Of a DNA stretch of 64,000 nucleotides, positions 36,573 to 47,546 are shown in pieces. Made by a program: the position numbers and the translations under genes. The notes below the pieces were generated by a model, which saw nothing but the letters and a program-made list of their open reading frames with translations, did not search any database and was not told the DNA's origin. Origin of the DNA: Candidatus Latescibacterota bacterium (GTDB lineage Bacteria > Latescibacterota > UBA2968 > UBA8231). Position 1 is the stretch's first letter. Each line of letters begins with the position of its first letter. The stretch spans positions 1,312,001-1,376,000 of the forward strand of contig OZ252098.1 of assembly GCA_965248355.1 (NCBI GenBank), written 5' to 3'.

Positions 36573-38401
36573 GCCCGGCAGCGGGCGCCCCGGCCCGGGA
36601 GGCGGCCGAGCGGCTGGCCGACGGCCTCTACCCCCACCAGGTGGAGGGCCTCGCCTTCCTCCTCGGCCGGCGGCGGTCGATCCTGGCCGACGACATGGGC
36701 CTGGGCAAGACCCGGCAGTCCGTCCTCGCCCTGGTCCACGCCGAGCCCCGGGGCCCCTGGCTGGTGGTCTGCCCCGCCTCGGTCAAGCGCAATTGGGAGC
36801 GCGAGATCCGTCTCGTGCTGCCGGACGCGGCCACGCACGTCGTCGGTCCGGCCCCGGTGCCGGAGCCCGGCTTCGGCGGCTGGGTGATCGTCAACTACGA
36901 CATCCTCAAGCGGACCTTCGACGAGCTGCTGAGCCACGAGTTTCGCGGGCTGGTCTTCGACGAGGCCCACTACCTGAAGAACCACACCTCCCAGCGCTCG
37001 AAGCTGTCGACGCGCCTGGTGGACCGGACCCCGGGCGACCCCATGGTCCACGCCCTGACCGGCACGCCCCTGACCAACCGGCCCCGCGACCTGTTCCCGC
37101 TTCTGCAGCTCGTGGACCACGCCCTGGGCCGCTCCTTCTTCGGCTTCGCCAGGCGCTACTGCGCCGCCGAGAAGAACGACTACGGCCACTGGATCACCTC
37201 CGGGGCCAGCAACCTGGAGGAGCTGGCCGTGCAGCTGCATGGCATCATGCTGCGGCGCAACAAGGACGAGGTCCTGGACCTGCCCCCCAAGGTGCGCTCC
37301 TGGATCGACATCGACATCCCGGAGCGGGTCCGGGAGTCCCTCGACGAGGCGGTGCGCGCCTTCCTCGGCGACGGCGTCGAGGAACCGCAGCGCGACACCC
37401 GGGGCCGGCGCATGGGGATCGGCATGCTCGCCTCGGCGCGGAAACACCTGGCCATCGCCAAGAGCCGGCACACCCTGGAGTACGTGCAGGGCGCCGTCGA
37501 CCAGGGCGAGAAGGTGCTCGTCTTCACCGGCTTCACCAACCCCGGCCGCCGGTTCTTGCGCCACTTCGGGGACCAGGCCGTGTCGGTCACCGGAAAGACC
37601 CCGGTGAGCCAGCGCCAGGAGCAGGTGGACCGCTTCCAGGAGGACGAGTCGGTGCGCGTCTACGTGGGGCAGATCCACGCCGGCGGCACGGGCGTCAACT
37701 TGACGGCGGCGCGGCAGGTCGTGTTCAACGACCTCGACTGGGTGCCCGCCAACCACTGGCAGGCCGAGGACCGGGCCTACCGCATCGGCCAGACGGGCAC
37801 GGTGAACGTGACCTACATGGTCGGCCGGGGAACGATCGAGGAGTTCGTGCGCACCGTGCTGGAGAACAAGGCGCGCATCGTCGACGACCTGGTGGAGGGC
37901 CGGTCCCTGGGCGACCTCGATGCCGACGTGATGAGCGAGCTGCAGCGCATGCTCAAGAGGCTGGACGTGAGCGCCGAGAGCCTGCGCGCCGGGGATCACG
38001 GCCGCGAGCACCTGGCCCGGGTGCTGAGGGACGCCGGCGAGGAGTACATCCGCGACCAGGGGGAGCGGCTCGGGCCGCAGACCCGGGCCGCCCTGGTGCC
38101 GGTTTCGGAGGGGGCGATCCAGGCCCTGGCGGCGGTCCTGGCCGGCCCCCGGCAACAGGTCTACCGCATCGCCAGCTCCCGAGACCCCGGCCTGCGCTAC
38201 ACCCTCGAGGTGCACGGCGCCGACGTCACCTGCGACTGCCGCGGCTTCCACTACCGGGGCGCCTGCACCCACGCCCGGGTCCTGAAGGAGCACCTCGTGG
38301 CCGGCGCCACCGTGCCCCCGGCCTACGAGCGGGTGGAGGATCCCCCGGCCTCGGCGGGAGCCGCCGCCCCGGACCCCGGAATCCACGCCCCCCACCGATG
38401 A
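36569..38401 (+). CDS. SNF2-family helicase with C-terminal SWIM zinc finger
   Basis: GTGA overlap. ILADDMGLGKT, VCPAS, DEAH, LTGTP, GTGVNLT, QAEDRAYRIGQ, and C-terminal CDC-x8-CTH. Confidence 0.9.
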   Translation: MSPAAGAPAREAAERLADGLYPHQVEGLAFLLGRRRSILADDMGLGKTRQSVLALVHAEPRGPWLVVCPASVKRNWEREIRLVLPDAATHVVGPAPVPEPGFGGWVIVNYDILKRTFDELLSHEFRGLVFDEAHYLKNHTSQRSKLSTRLVDRTPGDPMVHALTGTPLTNRPRDLFPLLQLVDHALGRSFFGFARRYCAAEKNDYGHWITSGASNLEELAVQLHGIMLRRNKDEVLDLPPKVRSWIDIDIPERVRESLDEAVRAFLGDGVEEPQRDTRGRRMGIGMLASARKHLAIAKSRHTLEYVQGAVDQGEKVLVFTGFTNPGRRFLRHFGDQAVSVTGKTPVSQRQEQVDRFQEDESVRVYVGQIHAGGTGVNLTAARQVVFNDLDWVPANHWQAEDRAYRIGQTGTVNVTYMVGRGTIEEFVRTVLENKARIVDDLVEGRSLGDLDADVMSELQRMLKRLDVSAESLRAGDHGREHLARVLRDAGEEYIRDQGERLGPQTRAALVPVSEGAIQALAAVLAGPRQQVYRIASSRDPGLRYTLEVHGADVTCDCRGFHYRGACTHARVLKEHLVAGATVPPAYERVEDPPASAGAAAPDPGIHAPHR

Positions 38402-38447
38402 CCCCGACATCCCCCAACCGCCGGCCCGGCCGGCGCCCGGAGAACCC

Positions 38448-39803
38448 ATGACCACACTCGACGCCGCCGAGCTCAGACGCCTCGACGGAGACCACTGCTG
38501 GCACCCCCTCTTTCAGCACGGACCCCGCGGATCGGACAACCCGCTGCTCGTCTTCGAGCGCGGCGAGGGCTGCACCCTGTACGACGCCGAGGGGCGGGCC
38601 TACCTCGACGCCGGGGGCGGGTTGTGGAACGTCAACGTCGGGTACGGCCGCCAGGAGATCGCCGCCGCCGCCTTCGAGCAGCTGCAGCGCCTGCCCTTCT
38701 ACCCGCACTCGCAGATCAACGCGCCGGCGGCGCGGCTGGCGGCGCGGCTGGCCGAGCTGCTGCCGGGAGCGCTGTCCCGCACCTTCTACACCAACAGCGG
38801 CTCCGAGGCCAACGAGACCGCCTTCAAGATCGCCCGCCAGTGCCAGCGCCAGCGCCACCCGGGGCAGGACCGCTACAAGATCCTGGCCCGCTACCAGGGC
38901 TACCACGGCTTCACCATGGGGGCCCTGTCGGCCACCGGCCAGGTCGGCCGGCGGCTGCCCTACGAGCCCCTGGTGCCCGGCTTCCAGCACGTGGATCCGC
39001 CGTACTGCTACCGCTGTCCCCTGCACCTGCGCTACCCGGAGTGCGGCATCGCCTGCGTCGACGAGTTCGACGAGCGCATCCGCCGCGAGGGGCCGGAGAC
39101 GGTGGCCGCCGTGGTCGTGGAGCCCGTCATCGGCGGCGGCGGCGTCATCGTGCCGCCCGACGACTACCTGCCGCGGCTGCGCCGGATCTGCGACCGCTAC
39201 GACGTGCTGCTCATCACCGACGAGGTGATCACCGGGTGGGGGCGCACGGGGCGGCTCTTCGCCTGCGAGCACTGGGGGGTGGTCCCCGACATCATGGTGT
39301 TGGCCAAGGGCATCACCTCCGGGTATCTGCCCCTGGGGGCCACGGTGGTGACCGAGGAGATCTTCGACGCCTTCCGCGGCGAGCCCGGCGACGGCCGCGA
39401 GTTCGCCCAGGTCTGCACCTACGGCGGCCACCCGGCCTGCTGCGCCGCGGCCCTGGCCAACATCGACATCCTCACCGCCGAGCGGCTGTGGGAGAGGGCC
39501 GAGGAGGTCGGAGCGCACCTGCTCGAGGGCCTGAGGAAGCTCTCCTCGCCAGTGATCGGCGACGTTCGCGGCCTCGGCCTGATGCTCGCGGTGGAGCTGG
39601 TCGACGAGAGCGGCGCCCTGCTCGATGCGGCGCGCACAGCGGCGGTCAAGGGGGCCCTGCGGGAGCAGGGCGTGCTCGTGGGCCAGATGAGCCACGCCGT
39701 GCAGGGGCCCAACAGCGTCCTGACCCTGTCGCCGCCGCTGGTCCTCGGCCTGGAGGAGGCGGACCGCATCGTCGAGGCCTTCGAGCGGGCCCTGCCCGGC
39801 TGA
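38448..39803 (+). CDS. Class III PLP-dependent aminotransferase
   Basis: GLWNVNVGY, SGSEAN, YHG, EPV, DEVITGWGRTG, AKGITSG. Confidence 0.93.
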   Translation: MTTLDAAELRRLDGDHCWHPLFQHGPRGSDNPLLVFERGEGCTLYDAEGRAYLDAGGGLWNVNVGYGRQEIAAAAFEQLQRLPFYPHSQINAPAARLAARLAELLPGALSRTFYTNSGSEANETAFKIARQCQRQRHPGQDRYKILARYQGYHGFTMGALSATGQVGRRLPYEPLVPGFQHVDPPYCYRCPLHLRYPECGIACVDEFDERIRREGPETVAAVVVEPVIGGGGVIVPPDDYLPRLRRICDRYDVLLITDEVITGWGRTGRLFACEHWGVVPDIMVLAKGITSGYLPLGATVVTEEIFDAFRGEPGDGREFAQVCTYGGHPACCAAALANIDILTAERLWERAEEVGAHLLEGLRKLSSPVIGDVRGLGLMLAVELVDESGALLDAARTAAVKGALREQGVLVGQMSHAVQGPNSVLTLSPPLVLGLEEADRIVEAFERALPG

Positions 39804-39824
39804 GGTCGGGTGGGGCGCCTCTCG

Positions 39825-40193
39825 TCAGGCGTACCCCAGGGCCTCCAGCTGGTCCTCGTCGAAGCCCATGTAGTGGGCGATCTCGTGGACGAGGGTGATC
39901 TCCAGCTCCGCCTCCAGGTCGGCCAGATCCGGGAAGTCGTACTCCAGCGCGCTCTGGTAGATGCGGATGACGGCCGGCAGGTCGCCGGAGTCCTCCACCC
40001 GGCGCTCCGGCAGCGGCGTGCCGGTGAACAGCCCGTACACGTAGGTCTCCGGATCGCCGTACATCTCGTCCATCAGCTCCGCCTCGGGCCAGTCCTCGAC
40101 GATGACGGCGAGGTTGTCCATGGCTTGCCGGAACGGCTCGGGGATCCGCCGCAGGGCGGCCTCGACGAGGGTTTCGAAACGCTTCCGGTTCAT
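39825..40193 (-). CDS. Zincin-like metallopeptidase (Zincin_1)
   Basis: FETLVEAAL, YGLFTG, HEIAH. Confidence 0.85.
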   Translation of the reverse strand: MNRKRFETLVEAALRRIPEPFRQAMDNLAVIVEDWPEAELMDEMYGDPETYVYGLFTGTPLPERRVEDSGDLPAVIRIYQSALEYDFPDLADLEAELEITLVHEIAHYMGFDEDQLEALGYA

Positions 40194-40230
40194 GGCTCGC
40201 TCACGGACATGGCGGCTGCACCCGGCGCTC

Positions 40231-42981
40231 TCAGCGCAGCACCACCAGCCGCCGGCGCAGGTAGAGGCCGCCCACGGCGAACTCGTAGTAGTAGAGACCG
40301 CTGGCCGCCTCGAGGCCGGCGTCGTCGCGGCCGTCCCACTCGACCTGGTACACGCCCGGCGCGGCCTCCTGACGCATCAGGCGCCGCACGAGCCCCCCGA
40401 GCAGGTTGCGCACCTCCAGGGTCATGAGACCGCTGCCGCCCAGGGAGGCCGGCAGCGGAGGGACACTGAACTCGATCACCGTGCCGGCGGCGAAGGGGTT
40501 CGGGTAGTTCTGGGCCAGCTCGAACTCGACGGGTATGCGCGGGTCGTGGTTGAGGAAGGGGGTCCAGTCCACCGGCCCGGTCATGCCCGCGGCGATCTCC
40601 CCGGCCTCCCCCGTCCCCCACCAGTTGCGCTTCGCGTCGATCCGGTGCGGGGTGGTGTTGACCACCAGGACCCGGGGCTCGACGACGCTGTTGAGCAGAA
40701 GGGAAACCGGCACCGGAAAGCCCTCCACGGCGAGCACCGTGTCGACCTGGACGAAGCGGTTGCGCAGGATCCGCGGCGCGGCGCTGCGGGACCTCGCGGC
40801 CAGCCGGTAGCCGGACAGGGAATTCCCTTCCAGCACCACGAGCCCGCTGTGTCGAAAATGGACGCCGACGCCCGATCCGGTGAAGCGGTTGCCCTCCACC
40901 GTGCCCCAGGCGCCGTCTCCCATGAGCAGGTCGGCCCCTCCCGCACCCTCGCCGTTGCCCCGCAGATCCGAACCGGTCAGGAAGAGGGCGCCGCCCTCGC
41001 GCACGAGCCCGTAGCCGGCGCAGTCCCGCACGGCGAGGGCGTCGGCCTCGACCGCGGCGCCGCCGAGGATGACGATCCCGGCGCCGCCGGCGCCGGTCAC
41101 CTCCACGGCGTGCAGGCGGACCCGGCCCTCGGCGGATTCCAGGCGCAGACCCGTGCCCGCCACCTCCCGCACCGTGACCCGCCACAGCTCCTGGTCGGCA
41201 GACGACCCCTGGATGGTCAGCCCGTCGGTGGCGTGCTCGATGACGGCCCCGTTCAGCCGCAGGCGGGCCGGGATCGAGACCTGGATCCCGACCCAGTCCC
41301 CCGGCGCCGGTTCCGGGGCCGCGGAGGTGAAGAGCACGGGGGCCGAGGTGGTCACCGTGCCGTCGAAGACGATCTCCCCCCGGTCGGCGTCGGTCCCGCT
41401 CCGCAGGCCGTCCGGCCCGACGAGGACGACGGTGCCGGCCTCGATATGCAGGTCGGACCCCGCCAGGATGCGGACGTCGCCGACGATCTCGATCGTGTCC
41501 CGCCACACCGGCTCGTGGACCAGCCCCGCCCGCCTCGGGTCTTCCACTGTCAGGTCGGCGGCGAAGCCGTCGCCCGTGGGCCGGATGCCGTTGACGTTCA
41601 CCCGGTTCAGGGCCGGATTGGTCAGCGGCGAGAGCTCCGTGAAGCGGATCCCGTCGAAGGGGTCGGTGGCGTCGCCCAGGTTGCCGGCGTGCTTCTCGGC
41701 GTACTCTTCGTCGAGGGACCAGTAGTCGAGGTTGTCCAGTCCCCGGGACGGCGAGGCGAGGGCGCCGAGGGGAAACCCGGCGTCGGTGTAGCGTCCGTCG
41801 GCGCAGACCAGATCCACGAGCTTGTGCCCCTCCAGGTCGTTGCCGCCGGCCGTTTCCCGGATGTGCCAGATCAGCACCCCGCTCGCCGGCAGGTCGCGGT
41901 CGTAGTGGCTGCCCTCGTCGCTGCGATGCTCGACGAGGAGGTACTCCCTCTCGCCGAGGGGCATCTCGTAGACCTGGCCGCCCCGGTTCACGTCGATCAG
42001 CGGCGCCCCGTCGATCGACCCGGTCACCAGCACGAGGCGCTCGTTGTTCACGCCCAGCCACCCGAGCTTCCTGAGGCTCCAGGCGCAGAACGGGTTGGGT
42101 CCGCGGCCGTTGTCGTTCCATCCCCTGGCGCCGTGGCCCATCAGCCCCCAGTAGCCGATCCCCGCCGAGTGCCGGTCCTGGTCTTCTTCGGGGGAGTGGC
42201 GCCTGGCGTCGAGGTCGTAGAGGTCGGGAAGGCCGAAGAGGTGTCCGATCTCGTGGGCGATGATGCCGGCCGCCTCGCCGAAGCTGCGCCCGCGCTGCAG
42301 GGTCCCGCCGCGGTCGGAATCGGCGCGGATCCGGATGGGGAGCCCGGAGGACCTGCCCACGTCCGAGGTCCGGAAGTGCGTGAGGAGCCCGAGGCTGGCC
42401 ACGCCGTTGGCGTCTCCCCGGATGAACCCCGTCGGCGTGGACTGCAGCACGAGGAGCACGAGGTCCACGTAGCCGTCGTCGTCGCCGGAGTCCGGCACGC
42501 CGTCCGGGCCGTCGTCGTCGAAACGGCTGAAGTCGACGCCGGGGTCGGCGGCGGCGGCGGCGAGGATCTCGCGGCTGAAGTTCCCGAAGTAGCCCTCGTC
42601 ACCCCGGGACAGGTAGGCCGCGGCCGGGCCCGCCGAGGTGTAGACCTTGCCGAGGGCCTCCCCCTCCAGCCGGAACTGTCCGCGGGACATCTCGTGGAAG
42701 AAGTGGGACAGGCTGCCCGGCCGATCGGGGTCGAAGAGGTCCCGCGCCCAGGAAGGGGCCGCCGAGGGCCCTTCCTCGTCGAGGAAGCGGGCGAAGATGA
42801 CCACGGCCCGCAGGCGGCCCTTCGAGGGCAGCGCCGCCACCGCCGCCGGACGCGCCGCCGCGTCGAAGCCGGGCCCGCGGACTTCGGCGGGAGCCGGCCC
42901 GGAGGCCAGGAGGATCCCCCCGAGCAGGAGGAGGGCGAGACGGGTGAGGGAGTTCCTGCGGGTCGGCGAGCCCGTCACCAT
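40231..42981 (-). CDS. Secreted M6 (immune inhibitor A-type) metalloprotease with beta-helix and FlgD/Ig C-terminal domain
   Basis: Signal peptide, DFSRFDDDGPDG..DGYVD, HEIGHLFGLPDLYD, WGLM; C-terminal LAQNYPNPF...WDGRD..ASGLYY. Confidence 0.88.
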   Translation of the reverse strand: MVTGSPTRRNSLTRLALLLLGGILLASGPAPAEVRGPGFDAAARPAAVAALPSKGRLRAVVIFARFLDEEGPSAAPSWARDLFDPDRPGSLSHFFHEMSRGQFRLEGEALGKVYTSAGPAAAYLSRGDEGYFGNFSREILAAAAADPGVDFSRFDDDGPDGVPDSGDDDGYVDLVLLVLQSTPTGFIRGDANGVASLGLLTHFRTSDVGRSSGLPIRIRADSDRGGTLQRGRSFGEAAGIIAHEIGHLFGLPDLYDLDARRHSPEEDQDRHSAGIGYWGLMGHGARGWNDNGRGPNPFCAWSLRKLGWLGVNNERLVLVTGSIDGAPLIDVNRGGQVYEMPLGEREYLLVEHRSDEGSHYDRDLPASGVLIWHIRETAGGNDLEGHKLVDLVCADGRYTDAGFPLGALASPSRGLDNLDYWSLDEEYAEKHAGNLGDATDPFDGIRFTELSPLTNPALNRVNVNGIRPTGDGFAADLTVEDPRRAGLVHEPVWRDTIEIVGDVRILAGSDLHIEAGTVVLVGPDGLRSGTDADRGEIVFDGTVTTSAPVLFTSAAPEPAPGDWVGIQVSIPARLRLNGAVIEHATDGLTIQGSSADQELWRVTVREVAGTGLRLESAEGRVRLHAVEVTGAGGAGIVILGGAAVEADALAVRDCAGYGLVREGGALFLTGSDLRGNGEGAGGADLLMGDGAWGTVEGNRFTGSGVGVHFRHSGLVVLEGNSLSGYRLAARSRSAAPRILRNRFVQVDTVLAVEGFPVPVSLLLNSVVEPRVLVVNTTPHRIDAKRNWWGTGEAGEIAAGMTGPVDWTPFLNHDPRIPVEFELAQNYPNPFAAGTVIEFSVPPLPASLGGSGLMTLEVRNLLGGLVRRLMRQEAAPGVYQVEWDGRDDAGLEAASGLYYYEFAVGGLYLRRRLVVLR

Positions 42982-45672
42982 GGGTCAGGCGGCGGGGCTC
43001 GCGTAGTATGGGGAGGGCACCGAAGGATAGGCGCGGTACAGGTGCCGATACACCTCCTCGGCCCTGCAGTCGACATCGGCCTCGGAGTAGACGCGGGGCA
43101 GCCCGGTCTCGTCGCTCCAGAGGAAGTCGCGGACCTCGACCTTGACGGCCGCCCGGGTCGCTTCCCTCTCGCGCCACCGGTCGATGCGCAGCTTCTCCGC
43201 CTTCAACCTCTCCAGCAGCTCTTTCGAGACCTCCTTGACTCGCTCGCTTTCGTGGGGCCGCAACTCCGGTTTCTTCAGCAAGTCGAAGATGGCCAGTTCT
43301 TCCTCGTCCAACCTTTCCAGGACAGCCCGCTGCTCCTCCTGGCTCAGCTTCTGCACGAACTCCAGCAACTCATCGAAGGTCTGCTCGATGGCCACGCGGT
43401 CCTTCTCGCGGTTGTACCTGTCGACGATCTCCTCGTAGTGCTTCTGCAGATCGGTGCGCAAGGGGTTCCGCTCCAGCAGGCGCCGGAGCCTCTGCTCCAC
43501 GGCGTCCTTGAGGGCCTGCACCGTGGTGCTCCTGGCGGGACTGCGCTCGAATTCCCGCTTGAGCCGGTCGAAGTCGATCCCGCTGATGTCCAAGGGGTCC
43601 ATCGGCCCCTCGCCCACTCCCGGCTGCACGTCGATGGCCTCGTCCACCACCTCCTGCAGGGCCCGCAGGATGCCGCTGATGTCGGCCTGCTCGAGGTCCT
43701 GCTGCAGGCTCCGGTAGATCACGTCCACGGCGTCGCGGTCCTCCCGATGGGCGTTGACCTCCTGAAGACCTCGCGGCACATCACCTCGAAGCGTTTCCGG
43801 GTCTGGTCGCTCCTGTTGGCCGCTTCCTTGCAGGCCACGATGGCGGCGTTGCGCTCGAAGCCCGCCGCGTCGATCACGCCGTCCAGCGGGGCCCTGCGCT
43901 TGTCGAGAAAGGCCCGCACGAGACCGATCGCCTCGGCGAGGCCCCCGAGCAACTCCTCGTCCGGTTTCACCGGGCCGATTTCCCCGCCGCCTCCGCCCGT
44001 GCCGCCGTCCGGTGTACCGGCAAAGGTCGCCAGGGCCCTGCGCAAGTGCCTGAGGATGCCGCAGTAGTCGATGACCAGGCCGTTGTTCTTGCCCTCGTGG
44101 ACCCGGTTGGCGCGGGCGACAGCCTGCATGAGGGTGTGGGCCTTGAGTGGCTTGTCGAGGTAGAGGGTGGAGAGGCTGGGCACGTCGAAGCCGGTCAGCC
44201 ACATGGCGCAGACCATGGCGATGCGGAAGGGATGCTCCTCCTCCTTGAAGGCATCGTCCACCGCCATCCGCTGCATGTTGCGGAATCGCGGCCTGCGGCG
44301 CATCGACTCGGGCAGGTCGAGGCCTTCCTTGATCAGCCTGCGGTGCGGCGTGATGTCCAGATCCCACTTGCGGAACTTGCCCACCTCCCCCTGCTCCTCG
44401 CTGACCACGACCGCCATGCGGGTTTCCCGCATCCACTCGATCCGCCGGGCGAGATGGCTCTCCTCCTGCTCGTCCTCCGTCCGCGACTTTGCCCGCTCCA
44501 ACTCCTCGACCCGCTCCTTCCAGTAGCGCTCGATCAGGGCGTGCATGCGCACGCAGGTGACCTTGTCGATGCAGACCACCATCGCCTTGCCGGTCTCCCA
44601 TGCCGCCGAGTAGTGGCGCACGAAGTCGCGCGCCACCTGGTCGAGCCGTCTCTCCGCGGTGATGACGTGACAGTCGCGCTTCAGATCCTGCTCCAGGCGC
44701 TGCTGCACGTCGATGGCCTCGATGGCCAGCTCATCCAGCTTGTCGGCGAGACGCTCGTTCAGGTCGCCGATGGCGAGGCCCAGCCGGTCGCCCCGGGCCT
44801 CGTAGTACAGGGGTACGGTGGCCTCATCCTCCACGGCCCGCTGGAAGTCGTAGGTCGAGACGTACTCGCCGAAGACGCGTCTCGTAATCTCGTCCTCCGT
44901 GAACAGCGGCGTGCCCGTAAAGCCGATGTAACTCGCCTCGGGCAGGGCGTTGCGCATGTTGAGCGCCAGGGAGCCGTACTGTGTGCGGTGGGCCTCGTCG
45001 GTGATGACGACGATATCGCCGCGCCGGGTGTAGGCGGCGGCGGGATCCACGTTGAATTTCTGGATCAGTGAGAAGACGTGGGACTTGTGCTCGGCCAGCA
45101 GCCGGCCGAGGTGCTCTCCACTCGACGCGCGGCAGGGGTCGCGGTCGTGGTCCACCACCCCGCAGCCGGCGAAGGTCTTGTAGATCTGCCCGTCGAGATC
45201 GTCGCGGTCGGTGAGCACGAGGAAGGTGAACTGGCCGCCTACCTTGCGGTGCACCTTGCGCGTGAACATCACCATGGAGTAGCTCTTGCCCGCCCCCTGG
45301 GTGTGCCAGAAAACGCCGAGCCGCCCCTGCCGGTCGCGACGGTCCCGCACCGCCGCGACCGCCCGGTTCACGCCGAGGAACTGGTGATTTCGGGCCAGGA
45401 TCTTCCGCGTCTCCCCGGCCGAGTCGTCGAAGAGAATGAAGTTCTCCACCAGGTCCATGAAGTTGCGTTTGCCGCAGACCCCCTTGAGCAAGGTCTCCAT
45501 GTCGACCGCGCCCGGGGAAGTGTACCCCGTCAACTGGACAGGAATTGGGCTTGTACAAGCGAGAGTCTCGAGATGTAATGGAGCCGTACTGCGCCCCGGC
45601 GCTGGGACCGAAGCCCCGCCTCCCGGACTTGCACCCAGGCCGGGCCACCGAGGCCGTGAGGAGCCCCCGCGC

Positions 45673-46500
45673 TCAGGCCGCCCGGTGGTAGACATCGCTG
45701 GGGGTCTCGTAGTCGAAGGCCTGGTGCGGCCGCTCGAGGTTGTAGAAGCGGAAGTAGGCCGCCACGCCCTCGATCAACTCGGGGACGCTGTCGTAGGCCT
45801 TCAGGTAGATGTCCTCGTACTTCAGGGAGCGCCACAGCCGCTCGATGAAGATGTTGTCCAGCACCCGGCCGCGGCCGTCCATGCTCACCCGGGCCCCGGC
45901 CGCCTCGACCCGCCCGGTGAAGGCGGTGCTGGTGAACTGGGCCCCCTGGTCGGTGTTGAAGATCTCCGGCCGCCCCTGGCTCAGGGCTTCCTCCAGGGCC
46001 TCCAGGCAGAAGGCCGCGTCGAGGGTGTTGGAGACCCGCCAGGCCAGCACGTAGCGGCTGAACCAGTCCATGACCGCCACCAGGTAGACGAAGCCGGAGG
46101 GCATCGGCAGATGGGTGATGTCGCTGCACCACACCTGGTCCGGCCGGTTCACGGTCACCCCTCGCAGCAGATACGGATAGACCCGGTGCTGAGGGTTGGG
46201 GGTGGTCGGTCGCGGCCGGGGATAGATCGCCTGCAGGCCCAGGGCCTTCATCAGGCGGTGCACGCGCTTGGGATTGACCGGGTAGCCGTCCCGCCTCAGG
46301 GCCGCGCAGATCCGGCGCACGCCGTAGACCGGGTGCTCGGTGTAGATCCGGTCGATGGCGTTCATCAGGTCGAGGGTGAGCCGATCCGGCGCCTCCGGGC
46401 GGTAGTAGAAACTGGAGCGGGCCAGCCCGAGCAGTTGGCACTGCCGATGCACGCTCAGCGGGCCGGGGTGCGGCTCGATGAGGGCGCGGCGCTCAGCCAC
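45673..46500 (-). CDS. IS3 transposase OrfB (DDE integrase core)
   Basis: [35 protein letters not shown]. Confidence 0.95.
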   Translation of the reverse strand: MAERRALIEPHPGPLSVHRQCQLLGLARSSFYYRPEAPDRLTLDLMNAIDRIYTEHPVYGVRRICAALRRDGYPVNPKRVHRLMKALGLQAIYPRPRPTTPNPQHRVYPYLLRGVTVNRPDQVWCSDITHLPMPSGFVYLVAVMDWFSRYVLAWRVSNTLDAAFCLEALEEALSQGRPEIFNTDQGAQFTSTAFTGRVEAAGARVSMDGRGRVLDNIFIERLWRSLKYEDIYLKAYDSVPELIEGVAAYFRFYNLERPHQAFDYETPSDVYHRAA

Positions 46501-46786
46501 CGAGAGCCTCGTGTTTTTTTTGAAGCCACTCCAGTTCCATCTGCAGCCGCCCGATCTGCTGGTAGAGCTCGGGCACCAAGGCGGCCTCGTCGTCGGCCCG
46601 GCGGGTCCCGGGGCCCCGGAAGACCTCGGGCAGCCGCTCCAGCAACTGCTTCTTCCAGCCGTGGATCTGGCTGGGGTGGACGGAGAACTTGTGGGCCAGC
46701 TCGTTGACCGTCTGCCGTTCGCGCAGAGCCTCCAAGGCCACCTTGGCCTTGAACTGCGCCGAATGCGTCTTGCGTTTCCTCGTCAT
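46493..46786 (-). CDS. IS3 transposase OrfA (HTH)
   Basis: [17 protein letters not shown]...[11 protein letters not shown]...[11 protein letters not shown]...WLQKK. Confidence 0.92.
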   Translation of the reverse strand: MTRKRKTHSAQFKAKVALEALRERQTVNELAHKFSVHPSQIHGWKKQLLERLPEVFRGPGTRRADDEAALVPELYQQIGRLQMELEWLQKKHEALGG

Positions 46787-47546
46787 CCAAGCCCCTCCGG
46801 ACAGTGGGTCGGTGGACGCAAAGTCTCGCTTAGCCACCTGTCCAGGATTTGGGGTACACTACCCGGCTCCTCCTCGGCCAGGCGCTTCCACTCGTGGAAG
46901 TGCTCCCACCGGCTGGTGATGGAGCCGATCTTCGCCTTCTCGCCGTTGGCGAACATCACCACCGCGTTGTGGTGGAAGAGGTGAGGAATGGTGTCCCTGT
47001 AGTCGGAGTAGTTGTTCTCGAAGGCGGACCTCAGGTCGCGGTGGATGTTCTTGCACTCGATGAACAGCAGTGGCAGGCCGTTGACGAAGCCGACGATGTC
47101 GGCGCGGCGGCGGTAGAGGTCCCCCTTCACCCACAACTCGCGCACGCACAGGAAGTGGTTGTTGGCCGGCTCGTCGAAGTCGAACAGGCGCAGGAGGCGC
47201 GACTCCCGCTCTCCCCGGTCGTTGGTGAAGGCGACCCGCACGCCGTCGCGCATCAGGGCGTACTTCTCACGGTTGGCGGAGACGGGAGTTTGGGAGGCGG
47301 AGACAGCGGTGATCTGCCGCACCGCGTCGTCGTACGCGGCATCCGGCAGACGCGGGTTCAACTCAGCCAGCTTCGCGCGCAGCGGGCGCTCGAGCACCAC
47401 GTCGCGGTCCGAGGCTCGCCCGAGGAGGCTCTCCGGCCCGAAGTCCTCGCGGTTGTACGCGTAGACCGACTCCCACTCAAGTTGCTGCTCCAGGTAGTCG
47501 GCGGCGGTCTGCTGAACGAGGGTGTCCTCGGTGTAGGGGGCAGGGG

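Larger units (their letters stand above)
45516..46863 (-). mobile_element. IS3-family insertion sequence, 1348 bp
   Basis: Inverted ends GG(A/T)AGTGTACCCC-N5-CTGGACAGG, 3-bp target duplication CGG at 45513-45515 and 46864-46866, orfA plus orfB. Confidence 0.93.

Noticed and set aside
40102..44067. 1321-aa plus-strand ORF, and similar long antisense ORFs (e.g. 33264-36356, 24671-27427, 10165-12147)
   Set aside because: Antisense mirrors of real genes, expected in very GC-rich DNA with few stop codons. No recognisable motifs.
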